Source: Candidatus Palauibacter ramosifaciens (lineage in GTDB: Bacteria; Gemmatimonadota; Gemmatimonadetes; Palauibacterales; Palauibacteraceae). Taken from it: a stretch of DNA of 64,000 nt. The notes under the pieces were generated by a model, which saw only the letters and a program-made list of their open reading frames with translations, was not told the origin of the DNA and searched no databases. The translations under genes were made by a program, and so were the position numbers. Positions 1-8,250 of this stretch are shown here, in pieces (the first letter of the stretch is position 1; each line of letters begins with the position of its first letter). The stretch is from NCBI GenBank assembly GCA_009845855.1, contig VXYT01000040.1, positions 24,367-88,366 on the forward strand. Reading direction: 5' to 3'.

Positions 1-1756
1 TCTCATCATGCAGTCGATCTTCCGGATGGGGGTCCCGGTGTCGGGGAAGAACGTCTTCCCCTCGAACATCCAGGGCCTCCCCACCTGGTACGAGATCCGC
101 GTGAACGGGTCGGGCCACGTCGCGCGCACGCCGGACTTCGACCTCATCGTGGCGATGAATCCGGAGACCTACGCCCGGGACATCGAGGAACTCGTCCCCG
201 GCGGCTGGCTGCTGTACGACTCGAGCTGGCCCATGGCGGACACGCTGCGGCGCGAGGAGGTGATCTTCCTCGGCGTCCCGCTGGCCGAGATGTGCGTGAA
301 GGCGTTCGACGGCGGCCGCACGCGCATCCTGATGAAGAACATCGCCTACACGGGCGCCCTTGCCGCCCTCCTCGACATCGACATGGCGGTGATCCGCGGA
401 CTGCTCGAGGAGACCTTCGGCGAGCAGAAGCGTCACCTCCTCGAAGCGAACTTCGAGGCGATCCGGCTCGGCTACGACTACGCGGCCGAGAACTTCGAAT
501 GTCCCCTGCCGATCCGGCTCGAGGGCATGGATGCCACCCGTGAGTCGATTCTGATCGATGGCAACACGGCGGCGGCGCTCGGCTGCGTCTATGCGGGCGC
601 GACGGTCGCGGCCTGGTATCCGATTACGCCCTCGACCTCGCTCGTTGACGCCTTCACGGCCTATTGCCGGCGGTTGCGCGTCGAGGAGGAGACCGGGCGG
701 AGCAGGGCGGCGATCCTGCAGGCGGAGGACGAACTCGCGGCGGCGGGCATCACGATCGGCGCGGGGTGGGCCGGAGCCCGGGCCTTCACGGCGACGAGCG
801 GGGCCGGGATCTCGCTCATGACGGAGTTCATTGGACTCGCGTACTATGCCGAAGTCCCCTGCGTGTTCTTCGACGTCGAGCGCGTCGGCCCATCGACCGG
901 GATGCCGACGCGCACCCAGCAGGGCGACATCCTCCTCTGCGCCTACGCCTCCCACGGGGACACGAAGCACGTCTGCCTCTACCCGAAGGATCCGGCGGAG
1001 TGCTTCGAGTTCAGCGTGCAGGCGTTCGATCTTGCGGAACGCTTCCAGACGCCCGTCTTCGTGCTCTCCGACCTCGACATCGGGATGAACGACTGGGTCG
1101 TGCCCCGCTTCCGGTGGGACGACGAGTACAGGCCGGATCGCGGGAAGGTGCTCGACGCCGAGGCGCTCGCGGAGATCGAGACCTTCTATCGCTACCTTGA
1201 CGTGGACCGGGACGGGATTCCATACCGGACGATTCCGGGCGAAGACCCGAAGGGGGCCTACTTTACGCGCGGCTCCGGCCACACGAAGTACGGCAAGTAC
1301 ACGGAGGACCCGGACGAATACCAGGAAGTCGTCGACCGCATCGCCGAGAAGATCGACCGTGCGGCGGAGGCGGTGCCTCGCCCCGAGATTCGCACGCGGC
1401 CGGACGCGCGATACGGACTCGTCACGCTGGGCGGCTGCGACGGCGCGGTGCGCGAGGCCATCGAGCGCATGGAAGCGGAGGACGGGATCCGGCTCGACTA
1501 CATGCGGATCCGCGGGTTCCCCTTCGCCCCCGAAGTCGGGGGCTTCATCGAGGCCCACGACCTCAACATCGTCATCGAACAGAACCGGGACGCCCAGTTG
1601 AAGTCGCTCCTCACGCTGGAGACGCCGGCCTCGAAGGAACGGCTGACCTCGGTCCTCCGCTACGGAGGGCTCCCGCTGAGTGCCCGCCACGTCATCGCGG
1701 GCGTCAAGGATCGTCTCGGCCTCGCGGCGGAGACCGCCGAAGGGGTGAGCGCATGA
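1..1756 (+). CDS. korA: 2-oxoacid:ferredoxin oxidoreductase alpha subunit (N-terminal gamma-like domain fused); 5' end lies before the window
   Basis: 582-aa ORF whose N-terminus resembles the gamma domain of pyruvate/2-oxoglutarate:ferredoxin oxidoreductases; ORF runs to the window edge; stop overlaps the next start (ATGA at 1753). Confidence 0.8.
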   Translation, partial: LIMQSIFRMGVPVSGKNVFPSNIQGLPTWYEIRVNGSGHVARTPDFDLIVAMNPETYARDIEELVPGGWLLYDSSWPMADTLRREEVIFLGVPLAEMCVKAFDGGRTRILMKNIAYTGALAALLDIDMAVIRGLLEETFGEQKRHLLEANFEAIRLGYDYAAENFECPLPIRLEGMDATRESILIDGNTAAALGCVYAGATVAAWYPITPSTSLVDAFTAYCRRLRVEEETGRSRAAILQAEDELAAAGITIGAGWAGARAFTATSGAGISLMTEFIGLAYYAEVPCVFFDVERVGPSTGMPTRTQQGDILLCAYASHGDTKHVCLYPKDPAECFEFSVQAFDLAERFQTPVFVLSDLDIGMNDWVVPRFRWDDEYRPDRGKVLDAEALAEIETFYRYLDVDRDGIPYRTIPGEDPKGAYFTRGSGHTKYGKYTEDPDEYQEVVDRIAEKIDRAAEAVPRPEIRTRPDARYGLVTLGGCDGAVREAIERMEAEDGIRLDYMRIRGFPFAPEVGGFIEAHDLNIVIEQNRDAQLKSLLTLETPASKERLTSVLRYGGLPLSARHVIAGVKDRLGLAAETAEGVSA

Positions 1757-2826
1757 CGTACATCGCCAAGCCGAGGGTCTTCCACCCGAGTCTGGACAAG
1801 AACGAACTGGGGCTCACGCGCCGCGACTACGAGGGCGTGATGTCCACGCTGTGCGCGGGGTGCGGCCACGATTCCGTCACGGCGGCGCTGATCGAGGCGG
1901 CGTGGGAACTCGCGATCCCCACGCACCGGGCCGCGAAGATGAGCGGGATCGGCTGCTCGTCCAAGACGACCGCCTACTTCATGTCCGAATCGCACGGCTT
2001 CAACAGCGTGCACGGGCGGATGCCGTCGGTGGCGAGCGGGGCGAACGCCGCGAACCGCGACCTCGTCTACATCGGCGTCTCCGGCGACGGGGACTCGCTC
2101 TCGATAGGACTCGGGCAACTGTGCCACGCGGTGCGGCGCAACCTCAATCTCCTCTATATCATCGAGAACAACGGGGTCTACGGCCTGACGAAGGGCCAGT
2201 TCTCGGCCTCGGCCGACATGGGCTCGAAGTCGAAGCGGGGCGTGCCGAACGAACAGCCTCCCATCGATCCCGCCCTGCTCGGACTTTCGATCGGCGCGAC
2301 CTTCGTGGCCCGCGGCTTCTCCGGCGACAAGAACCAGCTCGTCCCGATCATCAAGGCGGGGATCCGGCACCCGGGCCTCGCCCTCGTCGACGTCATCTCG
2401 CCTTGCGTGACCTTCAACGACCACGTGGGGTCGACGAAGAGCTACGCCTACACGCGCGAGCACTTCCGCGAGGCGGTCGAGGCCGCGTTCGTGGCCCCGA
2501 AGGACTTCGTCCCGCCGGCGGATGAGATCACGGCCGACATAAGATCCGCCGATGTGCGCGACGTCCCGATGCACGATGGCAGCGTGATCCGCTTCCGGCA
2601 GGTGGAGGGCGATTACGATGCGACCGACCGGGACGCCGTGTACGGCTATCTTCGCGAGCGGCAGAACGCGGGTGAGGTTCCGACCGGGCTCCTCTACGTG
2701 GACCCGGAGTCGAGGGACTTGCACGACGTGCTGGGGACGGTCGACCGGCCGCTGTGGAACCTCCCCTTCGAGGAGCTGTGTCCGGGAGCCGACGCGCTGG
2801 ACGCCCTGATGGAGAACTACCGATAG
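1753..2826 (+). CDS. korB: 2-oxoacid:ferredoxin oxidoreductase beta subunit (TPP-binding)
   Basis: 357 aa; TPP-binding motifs (GCGHD..., GDGD); ATGA overlap with korA. Confidence 0.85.
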   Translation: MTYIAKPRVFHPSLDKNELGLTRRDYEGVMSTLCAGCGHDSVTAALIEAAWELAIPTHRAAKMSGIGCSSKTTAYFMSESHGFNSVHGRMPSVASGANAANRDLVYIGVSGDGDSLSIGLGQLCHAVRRNLNLLYIIENNGVYGLTKGQFSASADMGSKSKRGVPNEQPPIDPALLGLSIGATFVARGFSGDKNQLVPIIKAGIRHPGLALVDVISPCVTFNDHVGSTKSYAYTREHFREAVEAAFVAPKDFVPPADEITADIRSADVRDVPMHDGSVIRFRQVEGDYDATDRDAVYGYLRERQNAGEVPTGLLYVDPESRDLHDVLGTVDRPLWNLPFEELCPGADALDALMENYR

Positions 2827-3257
2827 CCGCCGAGGAGCGGGCGGCCCGCCTCGAGGCGGTGCAGCCCGTGCTTCCCTCGCGGGACGTCGCCGCGGCGATC
2901 GGCTTCTACGTCGGACGGCTCGGCTTCGAACTCGCCTTCGCCGATTCGACGCGCGATCCGGGGTACGCCGGCGTGAGACGGGATGGGATCGAGTTGCACC
3001 TCCAGTGGCACGACGCCGAGGAGTGGTCCGGAGTCGAGCGGCCCATGCTCCGCTTCGTCGTGCCCGCGGTCGAGGACCTGTTCGAGGAATACCGGAACCT
3101 GGGGGTCTTCCACGAGCGCACGGCTCTGCGGCGGACCCCGTGGGGTACGCGCGAATTCGCCTTTTACGACCTCGACATGAACGGACTCACCTTCTACCGC
3201 GATCTCGCGGAGGACGAGACACCGGATCCGCCCGCGGACGAGGGCCTCTCCGACTGA
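2754..3257 (+). CDS. VOC/glyoxalase-bleomycin resistance family protein (true start probably near 2826-2850, non-ATG)
   Basis: C-terminal 140 aa have a glyoxalase-like fold signature (PSRDVAAAIGFYVGRLGFEL...); the ORF N-terminus overlaps the korB end. Confidence 0.5.
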   Translation: MEPPLRGAVSGSRRAGRPDGELPIAAEERAARLEAVQPVLPSRDVAAAIGFYVGRLGFELAFADSTRDPGYAGVRRDGIELHLQWHDAEEWSGVERPMLRFVVPAVEDLFEEYRNLGVFHERTALRRTPWGTREFAFYDLDMNGLTFYRDLAEDETPDPPADEGLSD

Positions 3258-3357
3258 CTGCGCGCTGATCGAAGGATAGGGCCGTCACACCGCAACCGCC
3301 CGAGCAGCGACGCACGATCTCGATCAATCATGGGAGTTCCACTACGCCTGCATCGGC

Positions 3358-3394
3358 TTAAGCCAATTCAAAATCCAATTTTCGATTGGCTTAA
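3358..3394. repeat. AT-rich nested palindrome/hairpin between convergent genes (possible bidirectional terminator or protein-binding site)
   Basis: TTAAGCCAAT (3358-3367) pairs with ATTGGCTTAA (3385-3394); inner AAAAT/ATTTT stem; AT-rich island in a 70% GC background. Confidence 0.45.
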
Positions 3395-3458
3395 CGCTTT
3401 ACAGGGACTTCCAACGATCTCCGCCCCACACCTCGGATTGCGCGCCCACATCTCGTTC

Positions 3459-4067
3459 CTACGGCGTGTCGCCGGGATCGCATACGTGTCTTGACAGGTG
3501 CGCGCCGATCAGGGTGCCGACGACCGGGCCCCAGACGTAGGGGAGGGAGAGGGACCCGACCCCGAGGGCGACCGCGGGGTTTAGCACCGCGTTCGATCCG
3601 TGCGCCGCCCAGGCGATCGCCACGACCAGGGATGCGCCGATGACGGCGCCGGTCAGCCGGACCGGGATCCGGCCCATGAAGACGGCCGCGATCGTGAAGG
3701 CGAGGAGTGCGGCTCCCAGCATCTCCGCGACGCCGGTGCCGATGGAAGTGTCCACGGGAAGCGGGATGCGGTCGGCGAACAGGACGTTTCCGAAAGCCAG
3801 GGCCAGTCCGGCTCCCGCCAACTGCGCCAGGATGAACGAGATCGCGTCCCTCGCCTCGATTCTGCCGATCGACCAGATGGAGAGTGTCACCGCCGGGTTG
3901 AGGAGACAGCCGGAGACGGGCCCGAGGAGGTGAACCAGCACGCCCAGCGTGAGTCCCGCCATCGCCGGCGCCGGAATGGCAAAATCCGGGTTGTTGACGG
4001 AGATCGATACGGACAGCGTGAGCGCGAACGTACCAACGACCTCGGCGGCCACAGCCCTCGGTCTCAT
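3459..4067 (-). CDS. aqpZ: aquaporin / MIP family channel
   Basis: 202 aa; two NPA boxes (LNPAVTL, LNPAVAL); hydrophobic 6-TM pattern. Confidence 0.85.
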   Translation of the reverse strand: MRPRAVAAEVVGTFALTLSVSISVNNPDFAIPAPAMAGLTLGVLVHLLGPVSGCLLNPAVTLSIWSIGRIEARDAISFILAQLAGAGLALAFGNVLFADRIPLPVDTSIGTGVAEMLGAALLAFTIAAVFMGRIPVRLTGAVIGASLVVAIAWAAHGSNAVLNPAVALGVGSLSLPYVWGPVVGTLIGAHLSRHVCDPGDTP

Positions 4068-4208
4068 GCCTTCTCCTGGAGCAAAGGACCGACGTGCGGC
4101 GCAGCGGGCCGCCCGCCGGAGCGGACTTCGGCAACGGGGCGTAAGATCAGCGACGCCAGCATACGATGATCCCGCCGCCGGGGGCCACCGTCACACCGAG
4201 GAGTTCAC

Positions 4209-5237
4209 ATGACCTGGACCGCGCCCGAACACTGGCTTCGCGTCGAGACGATCGACGCCCACACGGAGGGAGAACCGCTGCGGGTCATCGTGGCGGGCTT
4301 CCCGGAGTTGGCGGGAGACACCGTCCTCGCCCGCCGGCGTGTGGCCCGTTCGGACCATGACAAACTCCGCCGCGCGCTGATGTGGGAACCGCGGGGCCAT
4401 GCGGACATGTATGGTTGCCTCGTGATGCCTCCCGTGCGCCCCGGTTCCGATTTCGCGGTCCTGTTCATGCACAACGAAGGTTACTCGACGATGTGCGGTC
4501 ACGGGATCATCGGCGTGGCGAAGATCGCTGTCGAAGCCGGCTGGATCGATGGGGCGGGCGGAGAGCGGTCGGTGACGATCGACACGCCCGCCGGGCTCGT
4601 GCGCGCCACCGCGATCCTCGAAGGCGAGCGCGTGCGGGAGGTCCGGTTCCTCAACGTGCCTTCCTTCGCGCCCGCGCTGGGGCGGGCCCTGGAGGTCGAG
4701 GGGTTGGGGGCGGTGTCATACGACCTCGCCTTCGGCGGCGCCTTCTACGCCTACGTCGATGCGGACGCGCTCGGGCTCTCGCTCACTCCCGGCGGCGCGG
4801 CCGACCTCATCGACGCGGGGCGCCGGATTACGCGTGCGGTGTCCTCGTCCGCCCGCGGCGAAATCTCGCATCCGGATGATCCGGATCTCGGGTTTCTCTA
4901 CGGCACGGTGTTCACGGGCGCGGCGGTCGACGCCGCACACCACTCGCGGCACGTCTGCATCTTCGCGGACGGGGAACTCGACCGCAGTCCGACCGGGACC
5001 GCCGTGAGCGGCCGCCTCGCCATCCTTCACGCGCGCGGAGAGCACTCCGGGGATGCGGAGATCATCGTCGAGAGCATCATCGGCGGCCGGTTCAGCGGCC
5101 GCGTCGTGGACACGACGTCTGTCGGCGGGTACGCGGCCGTCGTGCCGGAGATCGGCGGCCGGGCCTGGGTCACGGGCCGCCACGAGTTCCTCGTCGATCC
5201 GGAGGACCCGTGGCGGGACGGCTTCCTCGTCCGCTGA
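4209..5237 (+). CDS. proline racemase family protein, Cys/Thr type (trans-3-hydroxy-L-proline dehydratase-like)
   Basis: SMCGHG first catalytic motif; second motif DRSPTGTA has Thr where epimerases/racemases have Cys. Confidence 0.8.
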   Translation: MTWTAPEHWLRVETIDAHTEGEPLRVIVAGFPELAGDTVLARRRVARSDHDKLRRALMWEPRGHADMYGCLVMPPVRPGSDFAVLFMHNEGYSTMCGHGIIGVAKIAVEAGWIDGAGGERSVTIDTPAGLVRATAILEGERVREVRFLNVPSFAPALGRALEVEGLGAVSYDLAFGGAFYAYVDADALGLSLTPGGAADLIDAGRRITRAVSSSARGEISHPDDPDLGFLYGTVFTGAAVDAAHHSRHVCIFADGELDRSPTGTAVSGRLAILHARGEHSGDAEIIVESIIGGRFSGRVVDTTSVGGYAAVVPEIGGRAWVTGRHEFLVDPEDPWRDGFLVR

Positions 5238-5297
5238 GGCGCCGGTCGCGCCGATGAGCCGATTCCCGCGCCGGACCCATCGTCTTCAGGAGGCGAA

Positions 5298-5867
5298 ATG
5301 CCGCATATCGACACGGTAGCTCCCGAGGAAGCAGAGGGGCTCGTCGCCCGCGAGTACGAGAAGGCCGTCCGCCGCGCGGGGCGCGTCTTCAACGTGATCT
5401 GCATCCAGAGTCTGAACCCGCCCGTCATGCGTGCCTCGATCCGGCTCTACGAGGCGCTGATGCTGGCGCCCGGACCGCTGGGGAGGGACGTGCGGGAGAT
5501 GCTCGCGACCGTGACCTCGCGCGAACTCGACTGCTTCTACTGAACGGAGGCGCACGGAGAGGATCTCCGTCAGGCGACCGGGGACGATGACCTGGCCCGC
5601 GCGATCCGGATCGACTATCGGACGGCGGGGCTCGACGCGAAGACGCGCCGGCTGATGGACTATGCGGTGGCGATCACGCGCGAGCCGACCTCCACGGCTC
5701 GGCCGGACATCGACGGGCTGCGGGAGGTCGGCTGGACCGACGCGCAGATCCTGACCGCGACGGAGGTCGTCGGCTTCTTCAACTACTACGTGCGCATGGT
5801 CGAGGCGCTCGGTGTAGAACCGGAGCCTGAGATGGAGCGGGACCCGGCCTTGTGGCCGGATCCCTGA
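5298..5867 (+). CDS. carboxymuconolactone decarboxylase (CMD/AhpD-like) family peroxidase-related selenoprotein; in-frame TGA (5541-5543) read as Sec
   Basis: ORFs 5298-5543 and 5655-5867 are in the same frame. Together they reconstitute one ~189-aa CMD-family protein. The TGA falls at the second Cys of the family C-x-x-C-x3-H motif (here C-F-Y-U-T-E-A-H). AGGAGG RBS 8 nt upstream of the ATG; hairpin 11 nt after the TGA. Confidence 0.7.
5554..5570 (+). promoter_or_regulatory. candidate bacterial SECIS hairpin for the CMD-family selenoprotein
   Basis: ACGGAGA/TCTCCGT 7-bp stem (or 5-bp stem with GAGGAUC loop), beginning 11 nt downstream of the in-frame UGA. Confidence 0.45.
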
Positions 5868-5888
5868 TCCCGGCCGCCCAGGCTGCTG

Positions 5889-8126
5889 CTAGCCTCCGGA
5901 CCGGCCTCGCGCGCGGGCGCCGCCGGTCGACCGCGAACTGCCGCCGGACCGGCGGACGGTGCCGCCGGACCGGGACCCGCCGCCGGATCGGCGGACCGCC
6001 CCGCCGGACCGGGACGCGCCGCCCGAACGGCTGACAGTGCCGCTCGACCTCGATGGCCCGGGGGGCCGCGCCGCCGGTCGCGATGACCGTGGGGCGGATG
6101 GCCGGGTCACGGGTCTCGTGGTGGACGGCGGGCGGCGAACGTCCGGCCGGGACGGCCTCGCCGCGGTGGGTCGCACGGGGGGCCTCGCCGGCACGGAGCG
6201 CACCGCCGGCCTCGCGGGATTCGACCTTGCCGTCGGCCGCGCCGTCGCGCCGCCCGTCCTCCGAACGGGCGGCGACTCCCGCGCCGTCCGCGGACGGACG
6301 ATCCGACGAACGCCCTCGTCGCCGGTCCGCGGGGCTGCGCGCTGTACGCCGCCGGAACCCGTCCGCGTCGCGGGTCGCACGGCCGGTCGTCTCGCGTCGT
6401 CGGGCACACCCCGCTCGCGCGCCGTGGGACGCCGGATCACCGGGCGAGCGCCGGTCCCCGATGCGGGCGGCGTTGCGCGCTGCACGCCGGATCGCTGCGT
6501 CGCCCGCTGCACACCGGGCCGCGCCGTCCTCGGCACGCCGGACCGCTCCGGCCGCAACGTACCGGCCTCCGGCGACCGTCTGGTCACCCGGACCGCCGGT
6601 GAGCCGGCCGTCCGCGAGGCACCGCTCGGCGCCCCGGCGGTCGCGTCGCGCGGGCGGGCCGACCGGCCATCGCGCCCTCGCAGCACGACGCGTTCGACCT
6701 CCCGCGGCAAGCCCGCGCCGCGATCGATGAAGCCGTCCGCATCGACCGCCGTTCTCCCGTCCCGCGAGACCGCGCGCCGCAGGCTCGCCAGCGTCTGCGC
6801 GGGTCGGCGCCGCGCCTCGCGCCCGAGCAGGCGGGAGTCCGTCAGCAGCACGCCGCGCTCGACCGCCTTCCGCCCGCGACCGAAGTCCGAACCGCCGACC
6901 GAGTAGAAGTGCTGTCGCCGGTGTCCGAGCCGGCCGTGCGGCAGGAATGTCCAGTGCCGATAGCGCCCGAAGCCGCCCCCGATGTGTCCGTAGACCCCGA
7001 AGTGGAAGCCCCAGCTGCTCCCGTAGTGGTTTCGGTAGTGGCGCCAGTAGTATCCCGAGGGAATCCAGCCCGCGTAGCTCGGGCCCCAGTACCAGTAGAC
7101 GTGCGCGACGGCGAAACGCCGGCCCGGGAACCAGACCCACCCCCAGCCGGGATCGAGGTCCCAGTACCCGTAGTGGTAGGGCACCCATCCCCATGGTTCG
7201 TACGAGACCCAGAACATTCCGCTGGGCGTGTGTCGCCAGCGCCCGTGCCGGTACGGAGCCCAGCCCGTTGAGACTCGCGGACGCCAGGCGACCCCCGCAT
7301 CGACGTGTACCCACGATCCGTGCCCGCGGAGCGAAGAGGCGGCGTAGTGGAGGTCCGGATCCAAATGGGCGGTGTACTCGCCGGACGCGTAGTCGCCGAC
7401 CCCCTGGCCCCACGCCTCCAGGCGATCGAGACCGGGGGCCGCCGCGAAGCGGAGCCGGTCCCCTCGCGCACCCTCGACGAAGAGGCTCTCCCCGCGGCGG
7501 ACCTCGGCGAGTTCCATCTCCGTCGTGACTTCCGCCACCCCCTCGCGCACGACGACCTCGCTCCGGCGCTCGTCGTCGACGACGATCAGGAAGGAACCGG
7601 CTCCCCGCGGCCGGATCGTCGCGTTAGGCGTGATGATGGAAGGCCACTCGGCCCCCGGTTGGTTCGGGGCCACCACGAGCTGCAGCGACCCGCGCGCGAT
7701 TTCGAGGATGGAGGCGGGATCGCTCGCATCCGCTGAGTTGGCGAGCGCGCGGAAGAGAAGCTCCGTCCGATCCCCGATCCGGACGAGGTTCCCGTCGGCG
7801 AGCGAAATCTCGATGCGGGATTCGCCGGACACGAAGATCCGGTCGCCGACGAGGACGGGCTCGTTCACCGCGAGCTGGATGCGATCCCGGGTGTCCCCCT
7901 GAATGAGCGTCGCTGACCCGTCCAGCGCCCGGAGGTATCCGTAGCTGCCGTCGATCCCGCTTTGCGCGACCGCGGCGTCATAATCGATCGGTGTCTCCGC
8001 CTCCTGGGCGGAGACCGGGGGCGCGACGAACGAGGTGCCCCACGCCACCCCGACCGCCCACACTCGCCGCCGGCCCCGCAACCACCGGGGCGCTCCGGAG
8101 TTTCCTCTCGCCTTTGCGAACCGCAT
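5889..8126 (-). CDS. FecR-domain secreted protein with W/Y/G-rich segment and basic RSGG/PR-rich C-terminal tail
   Basis: signal peptide (VAWGTSFVAPPVSAQ); FecR-like beta domain (aa 60-200); aromatic-rich aa 280-410; low-complexity tail with RSGG repeats; C-terminal extent uncertain. Confidence 0.5.
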   Translation of the reverse strand: MRFAKARGNSGAPRWLRGRRRVWAVGVAWGTSFVAPPVSAQEAETPIDYDAAVAQSGIDGSYGYLRALDGSATLIQGDTRDRIQLAVNEPVLVGDRIFVSGESRIEISLADGNLVRIGDRTELLFRALANSADASDPASILEIARGSLQLVVAPNQPGAEWPSIITPNATIRPRGAGSFLIVVDDERRSEVVVREGVAEVTTEMELAEVRRGESLFVEGARGDRLRFAAAPGLDRLEAWGQGVGDYASGEYTAHLDPDLHYAASSLRGHGSWVHVDAGVAWRPRVSTGWAPYRHGRWRHTPSGMFWVSYEPWGWVPYHYGYWDLDPGWGWVWFPGRRFAVAHVYWYWGPSYAGWIPSGYYWRHYRNHYGSSWGFHFGVYGHIGGGFGRYRHWTFLPHGRLGHRRQHFYSVGGSDFGRGRKAVERGVLLTDSRLLGREARRRPAQTLASLRRAVSRDGRTAVDADGFIDRGAGLPREVERVVLRGRDGRSARPRDATAGAPSGASRTAGSPAVRVTRRSPEAGTLRPERSGVPRTARPGVQRATQRSGVQRATPPASGTGARPVIRRPTARERGVPDDARRPAVRPATRTGSGGVQRAAPRTGDEGVRRIVRPRTARESPPVRRTGGATARPTARSNPARPAVRSVPARPPVRPTAARPSRPDVRRPPSTTRPVTRPSAPRSSRPAARPPGPSRSSGTVSRSGGASRSGGAVRRSGGGSRSGGTVRRSGGSSRSTGGARARGRSGG
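5930..6040 (-). repeat. tandem 12-20 nt GC-rich repeats (GCCGCCGGACCGG units) encoding the RSGG repeat tail
   Basis: visible direct repetition of ccgccggaccgg(g/c)... units on the + strand. Confidence 0.5.
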
Positions 8127-8250
8127 CCCAAGCTCCCGTGTCTTCCGATCCCCGCCCCGGGCGGCCGGTTCGCCGCCGGGACTGTCTTCAGAAACTAGAC
8201 GGTCCGCAGGCGAAGTCGGTCACCGAACCGGGTCTTGCCACGGAACGCCG

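Noticed and set aside
5298-5867. Treating 5298-5543 and 5655-5867 as two separate small genes, or as a pseudogene
   Set aside because: They are in the same frame and are separated by a single TGA at the conserved Cys position. A downstream hairpin and selD in the same window make Sec readthrough the better explanation.
5779-7413. 544-aa - strand ORF, and the + strand ORFs 5959-6906 and 6053-6730
   Set aside because: These are alternative frames over the low-complexity tail of the FecR-like gene. They have no domain signal and are kept only as a caveat on that gene's C-terminus.
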